A stretch of DNA of 64,000 nucleotides from an uncultured bacterium (GTDB lineage: Bacteria; UBP14; UBA6098; B30-G16), in contig CBEVQY010000009.1 in the NCBI GenBank assembly GCA_965552135.1, forward strand, positions 8,240-72,239. The letters are read 5' to 3'. The notes under the pieces are model-generated. The model was not told where the DNA came from. It searched no databases and saw only the letters and a program-made list of their open reading frames with translations. How positions within the stretch are numbered: the first letter of the stretch is position 1; each line of letters opens with the position of its first letter. The position numbers and the translations under genes are program-made. Below, one piece after another: positions 19,858 to 36,480 of the stretch.

Positions 19858-20748
19858 TTAGGTCTCGTCTTCGGGCAAAAGCCCAGCCTTTCTCGCAAGC
19901 TTGAGGATCCTCTGCGCCCTTGCGACTATGGGAGTGTCGATCATCTTGCGACCGAGCGCCACAACGCCCAGGCGCTTGGCTTTAGCCTCCTCGTATGCCG
20001 CAACGACCTTCTTGGCGTATTCGATCTCCTCGGAGGTCGGGTTGTAGACCTCGTGGATCACCTCGATCTGAGACGGGTGTATCGCTCCCTTTCCGTCGAA
20101 GCCGAGGCTTTTGCCGAACTCGGTTGATCTGCGCAGACCCTCGACGTCGTCGATGTCGCTCCAGACGGTGTCGGACGCCTGAACTCCCGCGGCTTTTGCG
20201 CCCATCACCACAAGGCTTCGGACGACCAGAGTCTCCCAGCCCTCCTTCGTTGGCTTTGCGCCTATGTCGCGGGTGTAGTCCTCTGCGCCGAAAGCAAGCG
20301 ACGCGACAAGCTTTGAGGCAGAGGCGATGTCGTACGCGTTCCAGCCGCCCTTCGCGCTCTCGATGACGGGCATAAAGTAAATCTCCTTTTCTATTCCGTG
20401 CTTGTGCTTCACCTCCTCGACGAGCTCCTCCACAAGCTTCACGTCCTGGGCGGATTCAGCCTTGGGTATGAGGATGAGGTCGGGCTCTGCGGGGACGACC
20501 TCCTCGATATCGGCTCGTCCGAACGGGGTGGAAAGCGGGTTTATCCTCACAGCCTTCTCGGATTCGCCGAAGTCGACGTTTTTAAGCACGTTTCTGACGA
20601 GTATCCTTGCGGCGAACTTTTCTGAGGGCGGCACGGAGTCCTCGAGGTCGAGGATTATGCAGTCGGCGCCGAAGACGAAGGCGTTTTGCGATAGGTAGGG
20701 GTTGTTTCCGGGCATGTATAGCCTGCTTCGCCTGAGGCGGTCCTTCAT
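19858..20748 (-). CDS. citE: Citrate lyase beta subunit-like (citryl-CoA lyase/HpcH family)
   Basis: Sequence is RRSRLYMPGNNPYLSQNAFVFGADCIILDLEDSV...KAVRINPL. There is a 4-nt ATGA overlap with the upstream citD-like gene. Confidence 0.85.
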   Translation of the reverse strand: MKDRLRRSRLYMPGNNPYLSQNAFVFGADCIILDLEDSVPPSEKFAARILVRNVLKNVDFGESEKAVRINPLSTPFGRADIEEVVPAEPDLILIPKAESAQDVKLVEELVEEVKHKHGIEKEIYFMPVIESAKGGWNAYDIASASKLVASLAFGAEDYTRDIGAKPTKEGWETLVVRSLVVMGAKAAGVQASDTVWSDIDDVEGLRRSTEFGKSLGFDGKGAIHPSQIEVIHEVYNPTSEEIEYAKKVVAAYEEAKAKRLGVVALGRKMIDTPIVARAQRILKLARKAGLLPEDET

Positions 20749-21011
20749 TTTTGGCTCTCCTTCGCAAGTCTTACGGCAGCTTCGACGCGCGCCTGGATGA
20801 CGTAGGGCAGGGCGCCGTCGTCGACTGCCTTTATGCGGCAGTCGGTTACGCCAAGCGCCTTTAGGGTTTCCATTATCTCGCGCCGGACCTTCTCGCCGTA
20901 CAGGCGCTCGACGCTCGTCTCAAGCTCAAGCTCTATCCCCGAGCCCGGCGGAAGCGGCTCGAAGGTGACCTCGATATCCCCCCTGTCGCGCCTGCCCGCG
21001 ACGTAAGCCAT
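20745..21011 (-). CDS. citD: Citrate lyase acyl-carrier (gamma subunit)-like protein, atypical
   Basis: MAYVAGRRDRGDIEVTFEPLPPGSGIELELETSVERLYGEKVRREIMETLKALGVTDCRIKAVDDGALPYVIQARVEAAV aligns along its whole length with CitD as I remember it. The start was moved to ATG 21011. Confidence 0.8.
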   Translation of the reverse strand: MAYVAGRRDRGDIEVTFEPLPPGSGIELELETSVERLYGEKVRREIMETLKALGVTDCRIKAVDDGALPYVIQARVEAAVRLAKESQK

Positions 21012-21163
21012 AGGGCACCCCCCTCGCAGCTTGCAGATGAAATTTAGTTTCTTTGCTGACGGGCGCAACGAATTTTTGCCTTGCAGGGTCCCGAACAATT
21101 GGGGAACTTTTCCGCAGGGTTTATTGGGTGGATTTTACGGTTTTCCAATGTTATCATAAATCG

Positions 21164-22111
21164 ATGACGGCAGAGGAGCGCTCGAAAGTTGGGGTTTATG
21201 GCACCAGGGTTCTTGAGAGTGGCGACGCCGACATCGCCGTAAGCTACCTCGAGGAAGCTTGCCGCCTCGCCCCCGACGACTGGAAGCTTTGGGTTAGCCT
21301 CGGCAAGTGCTACCTCATATTAAAGCGCTTCGACGAAGCCGAAGAGGCTTTGGAGAAAGCGGCAAAGCTTAAGCCCAACGAGTTTTTGCCCTGGTTGCTT
21401 TTGGAGGTCCTGTACGACCTCACCGATCGCAGGGAGAGGTCGCTTGAGTGCTTTGAGAAGGCGGAGGGGCTTTGTCGGAGCCAGGCGAAGCTTTTTGCCG
21501 AGCTGGGCAGGCTCTATATTTCGATGGGTCTTTTCGAGCAGGCTCAGGAGAACCTGAACCGTGCCCTCGCGCTTGCGCCGAACGAGGCCGGGGTATGGAA
21601 CCTTTTGGGCGTGCTCGAGCACCGACGCGGCAACTACGCACCCGCCGAAAAGTACCTGCTTAAAGCCATCCAGCTCGACCCCGATAATAAGTCGTACTGG
21701 TTCAACTTGGCGAATATTCTTTTGACGCAGGGTCGTGATCTTGCAAGGGCTGAGCGTTGCTACAAAACCGCCATCGAGCTTGATCCCGAGGACTTCTGCG
21801 CGATGAACAACCTCGGCACCCTGTATCTTCAACAGGGCAGGTACAGCGAGGCACGGGATGTTTTGCTCAGGGCGACTGAGGTCGCGCCGATGCACTACAG
21901 GCTCTACTACAACCTCGCCTGCGCCTTCTCCATCGAGGGGGAGCTCGTCCGGGCTTTGGAGTACCTCGAGAAGGCGTATTCCCTTGCGCCCGAGCGCGTT
22001 TGCAAAAACGCACCGCAGGACCCTGATCTGCGGAACCTGTGGAACGACCCAAGGTTCATCCATATGTTCGTCAAGTACTGCGGCGAAGAGGGGAAAGGCA
22101 ACGGGGAGTAG
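21164..22111 (+). CDS. Tetratricopeptide-repeat protein
   Basis: Repeated 34-aa TPR signatures (W..LG..Y....F.EA...L.KA..L.P). The start was moved from 21053 to ATG 21164. Confidence 0.8.
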   Translation: MTAEERSKVGVYGTRVLESGDADIAVSYLEEACRLAPDDWKLWVSLGKCYLILKRFDEAEEALEKAAKLKPNEFLPWLLLEVLYDLTDRRERSLECFEKAEGLCRSQAKLFAELGRLYISMGLFEQAQENLNRALALAPNEAGVWNLLGVLEHRRGNYAPAEKYLLKAIQLDPDNKSYWFNLANILLTQGRDLARAERCYKTAIELDPEDFCAMNNLGTLYLQQGRYSEARDVLLRATEVAPMHYRLYYNLACAFSIEGELVRALEYLEKAYSLAPERVCKNAPQDPDLRNLWNDPRFIHMFVKYCGEEGKGNGE

Positions 22112-22115
22112 CACG

Positions 22116-23774
<1,659 letters not shown>

Positions 23775-23782
23775 CTAAAGAT

Positions 23783-23811
23783 AAAATAGACCATCCCGCC
23801 CGTTTTCGCAA
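23783..23811 (-). promoter_or_regulatory. Promoter candidate for tRNA-Leu (TTGCGA-N17-TATTTT on the minus strand)
   Basis: The -10 ends 8 nt before the tRNA 5' end. Confidence 0.45.
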
Positions 23812-23873
23812 CACTTTTTGGGGCGACGAAAAATTTGTTTTTCTCTCACAAAAAAATCTTGACAAATCCCCGT

Positions 23874-23902
23874 TTGTTCGTTTTTTAAATAAACTGTATA
23901 GT
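23874..23902 (+). promoter_or_regulatory. Promoter candidate for the tRNA-Trp/secE operon (TTGTTC-N17-TATAGT)
   Basis: The -10 TATAGT at 23897-23902 ends 11 nt before the tRNA. An additional CTTGACAAATCC lies at 23858-23869. Confidence 0.5.
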
Positions 23903-23913
23903 CGCGGCGGAGA

Positions 23914-23986
23914 AGGCCCGTAGCTCAAGTGGTAGAGCATCGGTCTCCAAAACCGAGGGCTGGGGGTTCGAGTCCCTCCGGGCCTG
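23914..23986 (+). tRNA. tRNA-Trp (anticodon CCA), CCA end not encoded
   Basis: Acceptor AGGCCCG/CGGGCCT plus G, anticodon stem-loop TCGGT-CTCCAAA-ACCGA, T-loop GGTTCGAGTCC. This is the conserved position upstream of secE. Confidence 0.95.
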
Positions 23987-24020
23987 CTTTTGTGTTTCTT
24001 GAAGCCGAAAGGAGCAGTGG

Positions 24021-24203
24021 TTGAGAAAGGTAAGGCAATTTATCAAGGAGTCGTGGATCGAGTTTAAGAAGGTCAGGTGGCCTTCGCGCAAGGAGCTTTG
24101 GGGGCTTACTGTGGCGGTCATAACCGCCTCGATAATCTTGGCGATCTTCGTGGGGATCATCGATTCGATCTTCTACAGGTTGGTTCACCTTTTGCTTCCG
24201 TGA
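24021..24203 (+). CDS. secE: Preprotein translocase subunit SecE
   Basis: 60 aa with a TTG start after AAAGGAG. It has a single TM (LTVAVITASIILAIFVGIIDSIF) and the conserved tRNA-Trp/nusG context. Confidence 0.88.
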   Translation: MRKVRQFIKESWIEFKKVRWPSRKELWGLTVAVITASIILAIFVGIIDSIFYRLVHLLLP

Positions 24204-24263
24204 AAACCGGAAAATTCGGGGGCAATGCAGGGGACAATCATAGAGTAGGGGGATTTCTGTTCG

Positions 24264-24869
24264 ATGGTGGTCGATGAGAGGGAAAACGGTGCACAGTCCG
24301 GGGTTGAGGAGAAGGCGCGTCCGCGCACTCATCCGGACGCAAAGTGGTACGTCGTCCACACGCTTACCGGACACGAGCTTAAGGTGCAGCGATACATCGA
24401 AAACACCCTCCCCGAAAAGGGGCTTGAGGACCTGATCCTGCGCATCGTCGTCCCTATGGAGGACGTTGTCGAGATGAGGCGCGGCAAAAAGCGCGTTGTG
24501 CAGAAGAAGTTCTTCCCGGGCTACATACTGCTTTATATGGTGCTCACGAAGGAGACCGAGGCTTACATCCGCAGCGTTCCCGGAGTGACGGGCTTCGTCA
24601 GCGCGGGCGGCGTGCCTGTCCCGCTCACCGACGAGGAAGTCGAAAACCTGATGCACAAAATCGAAAAGGAGAAGGCGGCAAGAAGGACCGAGATACCGTT
24701 TTCGGAGGGGGATCTTGTCAGGGTTATAGACGGTCCCTTCAAGGACTTTTCCGGCGTCGTGAGCGAGATCAACAGGGAGCGGGGCAAGGTCAAGGTAATG
24801 GTCTCTATATTCGGGCGGCTTACGCCCGTTGAGGTCGACTTCCTTCAGCTTAAGGAGGAGAAAAAGTAG
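24264..24869 (+). CDS. nusG: Transcription termination/antitermination factor NusG
   Basis: KWYVVHTLTGHELKV...FPGYILL and a KOW motif (GDLVRVIDGPFKDFSGVV). Confidence 0.95.
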   Translation: MVVDERENGAQSGVEEKARPRTHPDAKWYVVHTLTGHELKVQRYIENTLPEKGLEDLILRIVVPMEDVVEMRRGKKRVVQKKFFPGYILLYMVLTKETEAYIRSVPGVTGFVSAGGVPVPLTDEEVENLMHKIEKEKAARRTEIPFSEGDLVRVIDGPFKDFSGVVSEINRERGKVKVMVSIFGRLTPVEVDFLQLKEEKK

Positions 24870-24881
24870 CGAGGTGTCGAT

Positions 24882-25310
24882 ATGGCCAAGAAGAAGGTTG
24901 TGGCGAAGATAAAGCTTCAGATACCCGCGGGCAAGGCGACGCCTGCGCCGCCTGTGGGACCTGCGCTCGGACAGGCGGGGGTCAACATAGCCGAGTTCTG
25001 CAAGCAGTTCAACGCCAGAACGTCGAACATGGGGGACTACCTCATCCCCGTCGTCATAACGGTTTACGCCGACCGCAGCTTCGAGTTCATAACCAAAACT
25101 CCGCCGGCTTCTGATCTTTTGCGCAAAGCTGCGGGCATCGAAAAGGGCTCGGGAGAGCCCAACAGGGTCAAGGTCGCCAAGATAAGCCGCGAGAAGATAA
25201 AGGAGATAGCGAAGCTCAAGATGCCCGACCTCAACGCCTACGACCTCGAGAGCGCTATGAAGATCATAGAGGGCACCGCCCGTCAGATGGGCATAGAGGT
25301 CGTCGATTAG
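24882..25310 (+). CDS. rplK: 50S ribosomal protein L11
   Basis: Sequence [36 protein letters not shown]. Confidence 0.97.
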   Translation: MAKKKVVAKIKLQIPAGKATPAPPVGPALGQAGVNIAEFCKQFNARTSNMGDYLIPVVITVYADRSFEFITKTPPASDLLRKAAGIEKGSGEPNRVKVAKISREKIKEIAKLKMPDLNAYDLESAMKIIEGTARQMGIEVVD

Positions 25311-25330
25311 CCGCTGAGAATGGAGGAACG

Positions 25331-26029
25331 ATGGCAAAAAGGGGCAAGAAATACAGGGCAGCTGCCGAAAGCTACGAGAAGCTCAAGCCCTATCCGCTTC
25401 GCGAGGCGTTGGAGCTTGTGAAGAAGATGGCTTACGCCAACTTCGACGAAAGCGTTGAGGTGGCGGTTCGCCTCAACGTCGATCCTCGCCACGCGGACCA
25501 GATGGTCCGCGGGACCGTCGTGCTGCCACACGGAACGGGCAAGGACGTTAAGGTTCTGGTCTTCGCCAAGGGCGAACAGGAGAAGGAGGCTATCGAAGCC
25601 GGCGCCGACTACGTTGGCGCAGAAGACCTTATCGAGAAGATAAAGGGCGGCTGGTTCGACTTCGACGTCGCCGTTGCGACCCCCGAGATGATGCCCCAGG
25701 TGGGTCGCCTCGGAAAGCTTTTGGGACCTAGGGGTCTTATGCCCAACCCCAAAACCGGAACGGTCACAAACGACGTGGCAAAAGCCGTAAGGGAGCTTAA
25801 GGCGGGGAAGATCCAGTACAAAGTCGACCGCGGCGGCAACGTCCACGCCATAGTGGGCAAGGTCTCCTTCGACGTCGATAAGCTCGAGGAGAACACGAGG
25901 GCGTTACTTGCTTCGATAATAAAGGCTCGCCCCGCGGCGGTGAAGGGGCAGTACATAAAGAACATAACGGTCTCCTCGACGATGGGACCCGGCGTTCGGG
26001 TCGACATAGCCGACGCCACAAAGAGCTGA
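25331..26029 (+). CDS. rplA: 50S ribosomal protein L1
   Basis: Sequence [17 protein letters not shown]...[13 protein letters not shown]. Confidence 0.97.
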   Translation: MAKRGKKYRAAAESYEKLKPYPLREALELVKKMAYANFDESVEVAVRLNVDPRHADQMVRGTVVLPHGTGKDVKVLVFAKGEQEKEAIEAGADYVGAEDLIEKIKGGWFDFDVAVATPEMMPQVGRLGKLLGPRGLMPNPKTGTVTNDVAKAVRELKAGKIQYKVDRGGNVHAIVGKVSFDVDKLEENTRALLASIIKARPAAVKGQYIKNITVSSTMGPGVRVDIADATKS

Positions 26030-26043
26030 AAGGAGCTTGAGAT

Positions 26044-26568
26044 ATGCTTCGCCGCGAGAAGGAAAAGATACTCGCCACCCTGGTGGAGGACCTGCGCCGA
26101 TACGATGTGCTTTTCCTCGTCGATTTCCAGGGGCTGAATGTTGCGCAGATGACGGAGCTGCGCAGAAAGCTCCGCGAGGCTGGCGCTAAGTTCCGGGTGG
26201 CTAAAAACACGCTGATAAAGCTTGCAAAAGCCTCCGCTCAGCGCAACGCCATCCCCGACGAGCTCCTCGTCGGAAGTTCCGCCCTGGTTATGGCGGAAAA
26301 CGACCCGGTAAGCCCAGCGAAGGTTATCAAGGAGTTTTTCGACGAGTTCGGCAAGCCCAAGGTCAAAGCCATAACCATAGGCAACACATGCTACGACGCC
26401 GCCAAGGCGGAGGAGTTTGCGTCTCTTCCCGGGGTGGATGAGCTTCGCGCCAAGGTTGTGGGCGCAGTGGTTGCCCCGCTGCAGGCGCTCGTCTTCACCC
26501 TCTCAGGGCTTATTCGAACGCTTGTTACGCAGATCGATGCCCTCGCCAAAAAGAAGGCGCAGACGTGA
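26044..26568 (+). CDS. rplJ: 50S ribosomal protein L10
   Basis: 174 aa in the conserved position between rplA and rplL. Sequence includes [19 protein letters not shown]. Confidence 0.93.
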   Translation: MLRREKEKILATLVEDLRRYDVLFLVDFQGLNVAQMTELRRKLREAGAKFRVAKNTLIKLAKASAQRNAIPDELLVGSSALVMAENDPVSPAKVIKEFFDEFGKPKVKAITIGNTCYDAAKAEEFASLPGVDELRAKVVGAVVAPLQALVFTLSGLIRTLVTQIDALAKKKAQT

Positions 26569-26595
26569 AAACACACAAATTAAGGAGGACCGAAG

Positions 26596-26994
26596 ATGGC
26601 AGAAAGCCCGAACGTTCAAACCATTGTGGAGCAGATAGAGAAGCTCACGGTTCTGGAGCTCGCCGAGCTTGTGAAGGAGCTTGAGGAGAAATTTGGGGTT
26701 TCGGCGGCACCGGTCGCCGTTGCTGCCGCTGGCGCCGCTCCCGCACCCGCCGAGGCTCAGGCACCCGCTGCCGAGGAGAAAACCTCCTTCACCGTTCTCC
26801 TCACCGCCATAGGCGACAAGAAGCTGCAGGTCATAAAGGAGGTGCGGGCGATCGCGGGGCTCGGACTTAAGGAAGCGAAGGCTTTCGTCGAAGGCGAGCT
26901 CCCCAAGCCTGTAAAGGAGAACGTCTCGAAGGAAGAAGCTGAACAGATCAAGGCTAAGCTCGAGGCTGTCGGCGCATCTGTGGAGATCAAGTAA
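26596..26994 (+). CDS. rplL: 50S ribosomal protein L7/L12
   Basis: Ala-rich hinge and C-terminal KEAKAFVEG...[33 protein letters not shown] is present. Confidence 0.97.
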   Translation: MAESPNVQTIVEQIEKLTVLELAELVKELEEKFGVSAAPVAVAAAGAAPAPAEAQAPAAEEKTSFTVLLTAIGDKKLQVIKEVRAIAGLGLKEAKAFVEGELPKPVKENVSKEEAEQIKAKLEAVGASVEIK

Positions 26995-27063
26995 GTGCTT
27001 TGGGGCGCAGATGTCGCCGAGCCTTGAGAAAAATAAGTCCGGCTTCAACGCAGGCTCCCTGCG

Positions 27064-27099
27064 AAAGGCGGGGTTATACCCCGTCCTTTCCCCTTTTTT
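27064..27099 (+). terminator. Hairpin plus T-tract between rplL and rpoB (attenuator-type terminator)
   Basis: AAAGGCGGGG-ttat-ACCCCGTCCTTT with one bulge, followed by CCCCTTTTTT. This is the same position as the known partial terminator in the rplJL-rpoBC operon of E. coli. Confidence 0.65.
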
Positions 27100-27131
27100 G
27101 CGAAAAACTAAAAAAAACAGGGTGAGCCGAT

Positions 27132-30100
27132 ATGAAGGTGATACCCATCATAAAGCGTCGTAGCTTCGCCAAGGTCAAGTCGATAATCGAGATGCCCAAC
27201 TTTCTCGAGGTTCAGCTCAAGTCGTACGAACGCTTCCTGCAGAAGGACGTTCCGCCTGAGGAGAGGAGGCGGGTTGGACTTCAGGCAGCCTTCCTCGATA
27301 CCTTCCCCATCGAGGACATCTACGGCAAATACGAGCTTCAGTTTGTGTCGTACAGGGTTGGTCAGCCTCGGTTCACCATAGAGGAATGTCGCGCCCGCAA
27401 CCTCACCTACGCCGTTCCGCTGCACGCAAAGCTCAGGCTGGTCGAGTACGAAAAGGACGGCGACGAGCGCAAGGTCAAGGAGATCAGAGAGGGGGAGGTC
27501 TTCTTGGGCGACCTGCCTTATATGACCCCCCAGGGGACGTTCATCATAAACGGCTCGGAGAGGGTTGTTGTCACGCAGCTGCATCGCTCGCCGGGCGTCT
27601 TCTTCGACGAGACGATCCACGCCAACGGAAAGCACCTCTACTCCGCAAGGCTCATACCGCTCCACGGCTCGTGGATGGAGCTTAGGATGGACGTGCGCGA
27701 TGTGATGCACGTTGTCATCTCGGCGAGGAAGAAGGTTCCGCTCACAACGCTCCTTCGCGCGCTCGGGAAGGAGACCGACAGGGAGATAATCGAGCTTTTC
27801 CACGAGGTGGTCGAGGTAAAGCTTTCGGGCAAGGATGCACAGAAAGCCTTCGGCGCATACTGCGCCGAGGAGATCGTGGACAAGGAGACGGGCGAGGTTT
27901 TGCTTGAGGTTGGCGCAAAGCTTACGGAAAGGACGGTGGAGCAGCTCAGGAAGAAGGGCGTCGAAAAGGTCGCCGTCGTGATCCCCGACTCGCCGAGGAT
28001 GATACCGATAATCTTCAACACCCTAAAGGCGGATAAGACGAGGACCCGTCTTGAGGCTGTTCAGGAGGTATACTCCGGCATCCGCCCCGGCAGCATCGTC
28101 GAAGAGGGGCAGGAGGACGAGATCATAAACGAATACATCTACAACCCCAAGCGATTTGACCTCGGCGAGGTTGGTCGCTTCAAGATAAATCAGCGTCTTC
28201 GCCTCAACATCCCCGTCACGCAGCGCACGATAACCCTCGAGGACTTCGTCGCGGTGGCGAAGTACATAATCGGTCTTTGCCACGGCAAAGGCTTTATAGA
28301 CGATATAGATCACCTGGGGGTTCGCCGCGCGAGGGCTGTGGGCGAGCTTTTGGAGAACCAGTTCCGCGTGGGTTTGGCAAGGCTTGCCAGGAACGTCAGG
28401 GAGCGGATGCGCACAAGCGAATCCGAGAAGATGAACCCCTCCGACCTCATAAACACGCGGACCGTCGCGGCGGTTATAAACTCGTTTTTCGGCTCGTCCC
28501 AGCTTTCGCAGTTTATGGATCAGCCCAATCCCCTCGCCGAGCTGACCCACAAGCGCAGGCTTTCGGCGCTTGGTCCCGGCGGGCTTTCGCGCGAACGCGC
28601 TGGCTTCGAAGTCCGCGACGTGCACTACACACACTACGGAAGAATGTGCCCCATCGAAACACCCGAGGGGCAAAACATAGGGCTTATAACCTCCCTTACG
28701 ACGTACGCGAGGATAAACGAGTACGGCTTCATCGAGACACCGTACCGCGTCGTCAAAAACCGTGTTGCCACCGACGAGGTCGTTTACATCACAGCCGACG
28801 AGGAGGACTACCACATCATAGTTCCCGCCTCGACGCCGCTTGACAAAGACGGCAGGATCATCCCCGATCGCGTGGTTGCCCGCAGGCGCGGCGATGTGGT
28901 CGAGGTTCCCGCGGAGGAGGTCACCCTGATGGACGTCTCTCCCGCGCAGCTTGTGAGCGTTTCGGCTGCGCTTATCCCCTTCCTCGAGCACGACGACGCA
29001 AGCCGCGCCCTTATGGGCTCGAACATGCAGCGCCAAGCAGTGCCGCTCCTCTTCCCCGAAGCGCCACTTGTGGGAACCGGACTTGAGCTCAAAACCGCTG
29101 TCGACTCCGGCGCCGTATGCGTCGCAAAAAGGGACGGAATCGTAACCAAAGTCGACTCCACCGTTATCGAGATAACCCCAACAACCGAAAGCGCTGACAC
29201 CCTCATAGAGGACAAGGACGTGTACCCCTTGGTGAAGTTCAGGCGGTCCAACCAGAACACCACCATAAACCAGCGCCCGTTGGTCAAGAAGGGAGAGCGC
29301 GTGAAGGCGGGACAGATCATCGCCGACGGACCCGCAACAGACCGCGGAGAACTCGCGCTGGGGAGGAACGTCCTTGTGGCGTATATGTCCTGGCACGGCT
29401 ACAACTTCGAGGACGCCATAATCATCTCCGAAAGGCTTGTGAAGGAGGATATCTTCACCTCGCTTCACATAGAGGAATTCGAGGCGATGGTCCGCGAGAC
29501 GAAGCTTGGTCCTGAGGAGCTTACGCGCGAGATACCCAACGTCTCGGAGGACGCCGTCAAGGACCTCGACGAGACGGGCATAGTTCGCATAGGCGCGCAC
29601 GTCCGCTCCGGGGATATCCTCGTCGGCAAGGTGACCCCTAAGGGCGAGACGGAGCTTACCCCCGAGATGCGGCTTTTGAAGGCTATCTTCGGCGAAAAAG
29701 CCGGCGACGTTAAGGATTCGTCGCTGCGGGTTCCGCCAGGGATAAAGGGCGTCGTCATAAACCGAACGCTGCTTACCCGCCGCGGATACGGCAAAGAGAG
29801 CAAGAAGGAAAAGGAGCTTGTGAAACAGCTCGAGCAGAAATACCGCGCCGAGATCGAGAAGATAAAGAAGCGCCGGGACAAGAAGATCCGCGAGCTTATC
29901 GTGGACAAGCGCGCGCAGGACATAATATCCCTGAAAAACGGCGAACCCATCTTCGAGCCCGGGACGAAGATAACGAAAAGCAAAGCCGCCAAGCTCAACA
30001 TAGACGATGTATCGCCCGACTCTACGTGGACCGACGACGCCGAGACGAACCTCAGGATCCAAAAGCTCCTTCGCCAAGCCGACGAGCTTGTGGAGACCCT

Positions 30101-30905
30101 AACCCAAAGGCTTGCCATCGAGAGGCAGAAGATTCTGCGGGGTGAGGAGCTCAAGCCCGGCGTGATCCAGCTTGCCAAGGTCGACGTTGCGATAAAGCGG
30201 AGGATCTCGGTCGGCGACAAGATGGCAGGTCGCCACGGAAACAAGGGCGTGATCTCAATCATCGTTCCCGAGGAGGACATGCCCTACCTCGAGGACGGCA
30301 CGCCCGTGGACATCATCCTAAACCCCTTAGGCGTTCCCTCGCGAATGAACATCGGTCAAATCCTTGAAACCCACCTCGGCTGGGCGATGAAGAAGAAGGG
30401 GGAGTACTGCGCCTGCGAGGTCTTCAACGGCGCCACGATAGACGAGATAAAAGCTGAGCTTCGAAGCGTTGGTCTGCCGGAGTCGGGCAAAGTCAAGCTC
30501 TACGACGGCAGGACCGGCGAGCCTTTCGCGGAGGAGGTCACGGTAGGATACATCTATATGATGAAGCTCATCCACCTTGCCGACGACAAGATCCACGCGC
30601 GCTCGATAGGTCCCTACAGCCTCGTCACCCAGCAGCCTTTGGGCGGCAAGGCGCAGTTTGGCGGACAGCGCTTCGGCGAGATGGAGGTTTGGGCGCTTGA
30701 GGCGTACGGCGCAGCGTACACGCTCCAGGAAATGCTCACCGTAAAGTCCGATGACATCCAGGGGAGAAGCAAGATCTACGAGGCTATAGTCAAGGGCGAA
30801 AACCCGCCCGAGCCGGGTATTCCCGAGTCCTTCAACGTCCTCGTCAAGGAACTTCAGGCCCTTTGCATAGATGTGCAGCTTATAAGCGAAGAGGAGGAGT
30901 CTTAA
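27132..30905 (+). CDS. rpoB: DNA-directed RNA polymerase subunit beta
   Basis: 1257 aa with [25 protein letters not shown] and [13 protein letters not shown] motifs. Confidence 0.98.
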   Translation: MKVIPIIKRRSFAKVKSIIEMPNFLEVQLKSYERFLQKDVPPEERRRVGLQAAFLDTFPIEDIYGKYELQFVSYRVGQPRFTIEECRARNLTYAVPLHAKLRLVEYEKDGDERKVKEIREGEVFLGDLPYMTPQGTFIINGSERVVVTQLHRSPGVFFDETIHANGKHLYSARLIPLHGSWMELRMDVRDVMHVVISARKKVPLTTLLRALGKETDREIIELFHEVVEVKLSGKDAQKAFGAYCAEEIVDKETGEVLLEVGAKLTERTVEQLRKKGVEKVAVVIPDSPRMIPIIFNTLKADKTRTRLEAVQEVYSGIRPGSIVEEGQEDEIINEYIYNPKRFDLGEVGRFKINQRLRLNIPVTQRTITLEDFVAVAKYIIGLCHGKGFIDDIDHLGVRRARAVGELLENQFRVGLARLARNVRERMRTSESEKMNPSDLINTRTVAAVINSFFGSSQLSQFMDQPNPLAELTHKRRLSALGPGGLSRERAGFEVRDVHYTHYGRMCPIETPEGQNIGLITSLTTYARINEYGFIETPYRVVKNRVATDEVVYITADEEDYHIIVPASTPLDKDGRIIPDRVVARRRGDVVEVPAEEVTLMDVSPAQLVSVSAALIPFLEHDDASRALMGSNMQRQAVPLLFPEAPLVGTGLELKTAVDSGAVCVAKRDGIVTKVDSTVIEITPTTESADTLIEDKDVYPLVKFRRSNQNTTINQRPLVKKGERVKAGQIIADGPATDRGELALGRNVLVAYMSWHGYNFEDAIIISERLVKEDIFTSLHIEEFEAMVRETKLGPEELTREIPNVSEDAVKDLDETGIVRIGAHVRSGDILVGKVTPKGETELTPEMRLLKAIFGEKAGDVKDSSLRVPPGIKGVVINRTLLTRRGYGKESKKEKELVKQLEQKYRAEIEKIKKRRDKKIRELIVDKRAQDIISLKNGEPIFEPGTKITKSKAAKLNIDDVSPDSTWTDDAETNLRIQKLLRQADELVETLTQRLAIERQKILRGEELKPGVIQLAKVDVAIKRRISVGDKMAGRHGNKGVISIIVPEEDMPYLEDGTPVDIILNPLGVPSRMNIGQILETHLGWAMKKKGEYCACEVFNGATIDEIKAELRSVGLPESGKVKLYDGRTGEPFAEEVTVGYIYMMKLIHLADDKIHARSIGPYSLVTQQPLGGKAQFGGQRFGEMEVWALEAYGAAYTLQEMLTVKSDDIQGRSKIYEAIVKGENPPEPGIPESFNVLVKELQALCIDVQLISEEEES

Positions 30906-30935
30906 GCTCGAAAAAAACAAGAGAGGTGATGCGAT

Positions 30936-35300
<4,365 letters not shown>

Positions 35301-35307
35301 TTTTCCC

Positions 35308-35335
35308 TTGACTGCGTTGGCGGCAGAGATATCAT
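35308..35335 (+). promoter_or_regulatory. Promoter candidate for rpsL (TTGACT-N16-TATCAT)
   Basis: Located in the 71-nt rpoC-rpsL gap, 36 nt upstream of the rpsL ATG. Confidence 0.5.
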
Positions 35336-35371
35336 TTAGCCAGTGAACCGAGGGTTGGAGGTGACGAGGAT

Positions 35372-35746
<375 letters not shown>

Positions 35747-35766
35747 CGCCAACCAAGGGGGCGACT

Positions 35767-36462
35767 ATGCGATATCGGCTGGCTTTTGTCGTTTTGTTTT
35801 CCGTGCTTTTCCTTGCGGGCTGCGCCCTGCAGCGCCTGCCCGAGGATGAATACGCCCGCCGCGCTGTCGATGCACTCCGACAGGGAAGGCTCAACGACGC
35901 ATGGGCGTACTACAGACTCCTTTTGGCATACTACCCCCAAAGCCCGAAGGCTTGGCAGTACAAAAGCCAGCTTGCCGAGGTCCTGACGAAGCTCGTTCAG
36001 CAAAAGCCCGAGCACATCGCAAACGGCTACCTTTGGGAGCTTAGGTCGCTCGGCGAGGTGACCGATACCGTCCTTGCGTGGGTGACCTTCCAGAAGGCTT
36101 GCAGGGAGAGCTCTGCAAAAAGGTCCGAGGCGATTCTCTCCCAGATGAGCTACCGCGACTTTATGCTTGCGGCGCAGTACGCAATAAACAGGATGCGCTT
36201 CAAAGATGCCCTCAGCGCCTACGAACAGGCTATCGACCGGTTCCCGCAAAACCCGCAGGTTTACAAGGCGATGTTCCTTGCGGGCTTTGTTTGCTCCGAG
36301 TATCTGAAGGACTTCGACAAGGCGCGCATGTTCTACAAAGCCGTCGTCGAGAAGTTTCCAAACTGCGACCTCGCCGACGACGCCCAGTGGATGCTGGAGA
36401 ACATGGGCAAGCCCCCCGAGGAGATGACCTTCATAGCGCCCGATACGTCGTCAGCCCGGTAG
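35767..36462 (+). CDS. TPR-like lipoprotein (BamD/YbgF-like)
   Basis: Lipobox LFLAGC in MRYRLAFVVLFSVLFLAGCALQ, and TPR-like helices (DALSAYEQAIDRFPQNPQ...ARMFYKAVVEKFPNCDLADDAQ). Confidence 0.7.
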   Translation: MRYRLAFVVLFSVLFLAGCALQRLPEDEYARRAVDALRQGRLNDAWAYYRLLLAYYPQSPKAWQYKSQLAEVLTKLVQQKPEHIANGYLWELRSLGEVTDTVLAWVTFQKACRESSAKRSEAILSQMSYRDFMLAAQYAINRMRFKDALSAYEQAIDRFPQNPQVYKAMFLAGFVCSEYLKDFDKARMFYKAVVEKFPNCDLADDAQWMLENMGKPPEEMTFIAPDTSSAR

Positions 36463-36480
36463 GGTCGTCGGGCTCTTTTT
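36453..36480 (+). terminator. Weak terminator overlapping the stop codon of the lipoprotein gene
   Basis: AGCCCG-N10-CGGGCT followed by CTTTTT. Confidence 0.45.

Noticed and set aside
23859-23864. TTGACA as the -35 of the tRNA-Trp promoter
   Set aside because: There is no acceptable -10 at 16-18 nt (only TTTTTA or TTTTAA). The closer TTGTTC-N17-TATAGT fits better. The string is kept only as a shared-motif observation.
23925-25337. 470-aa minus-strand ORF covering tRNA-Trp, secE, nusG and rplK
   Set aside because: It is antisense to unmistakable conserved genes. Its composition is R/L/H/D-rich and low in complexity, as is typical of long open antisense frames in GC-rich DNA. There is no recognisable motif.
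28023-30077. 684-aa minus-strand ORF inside rpoB (and likewise 33846-35381, 511 aa, inside rpoC)
   Set aside because: These are antisense to rpoB and rpoC. They have no family resemblance and are GC-driven absence of stop codons.
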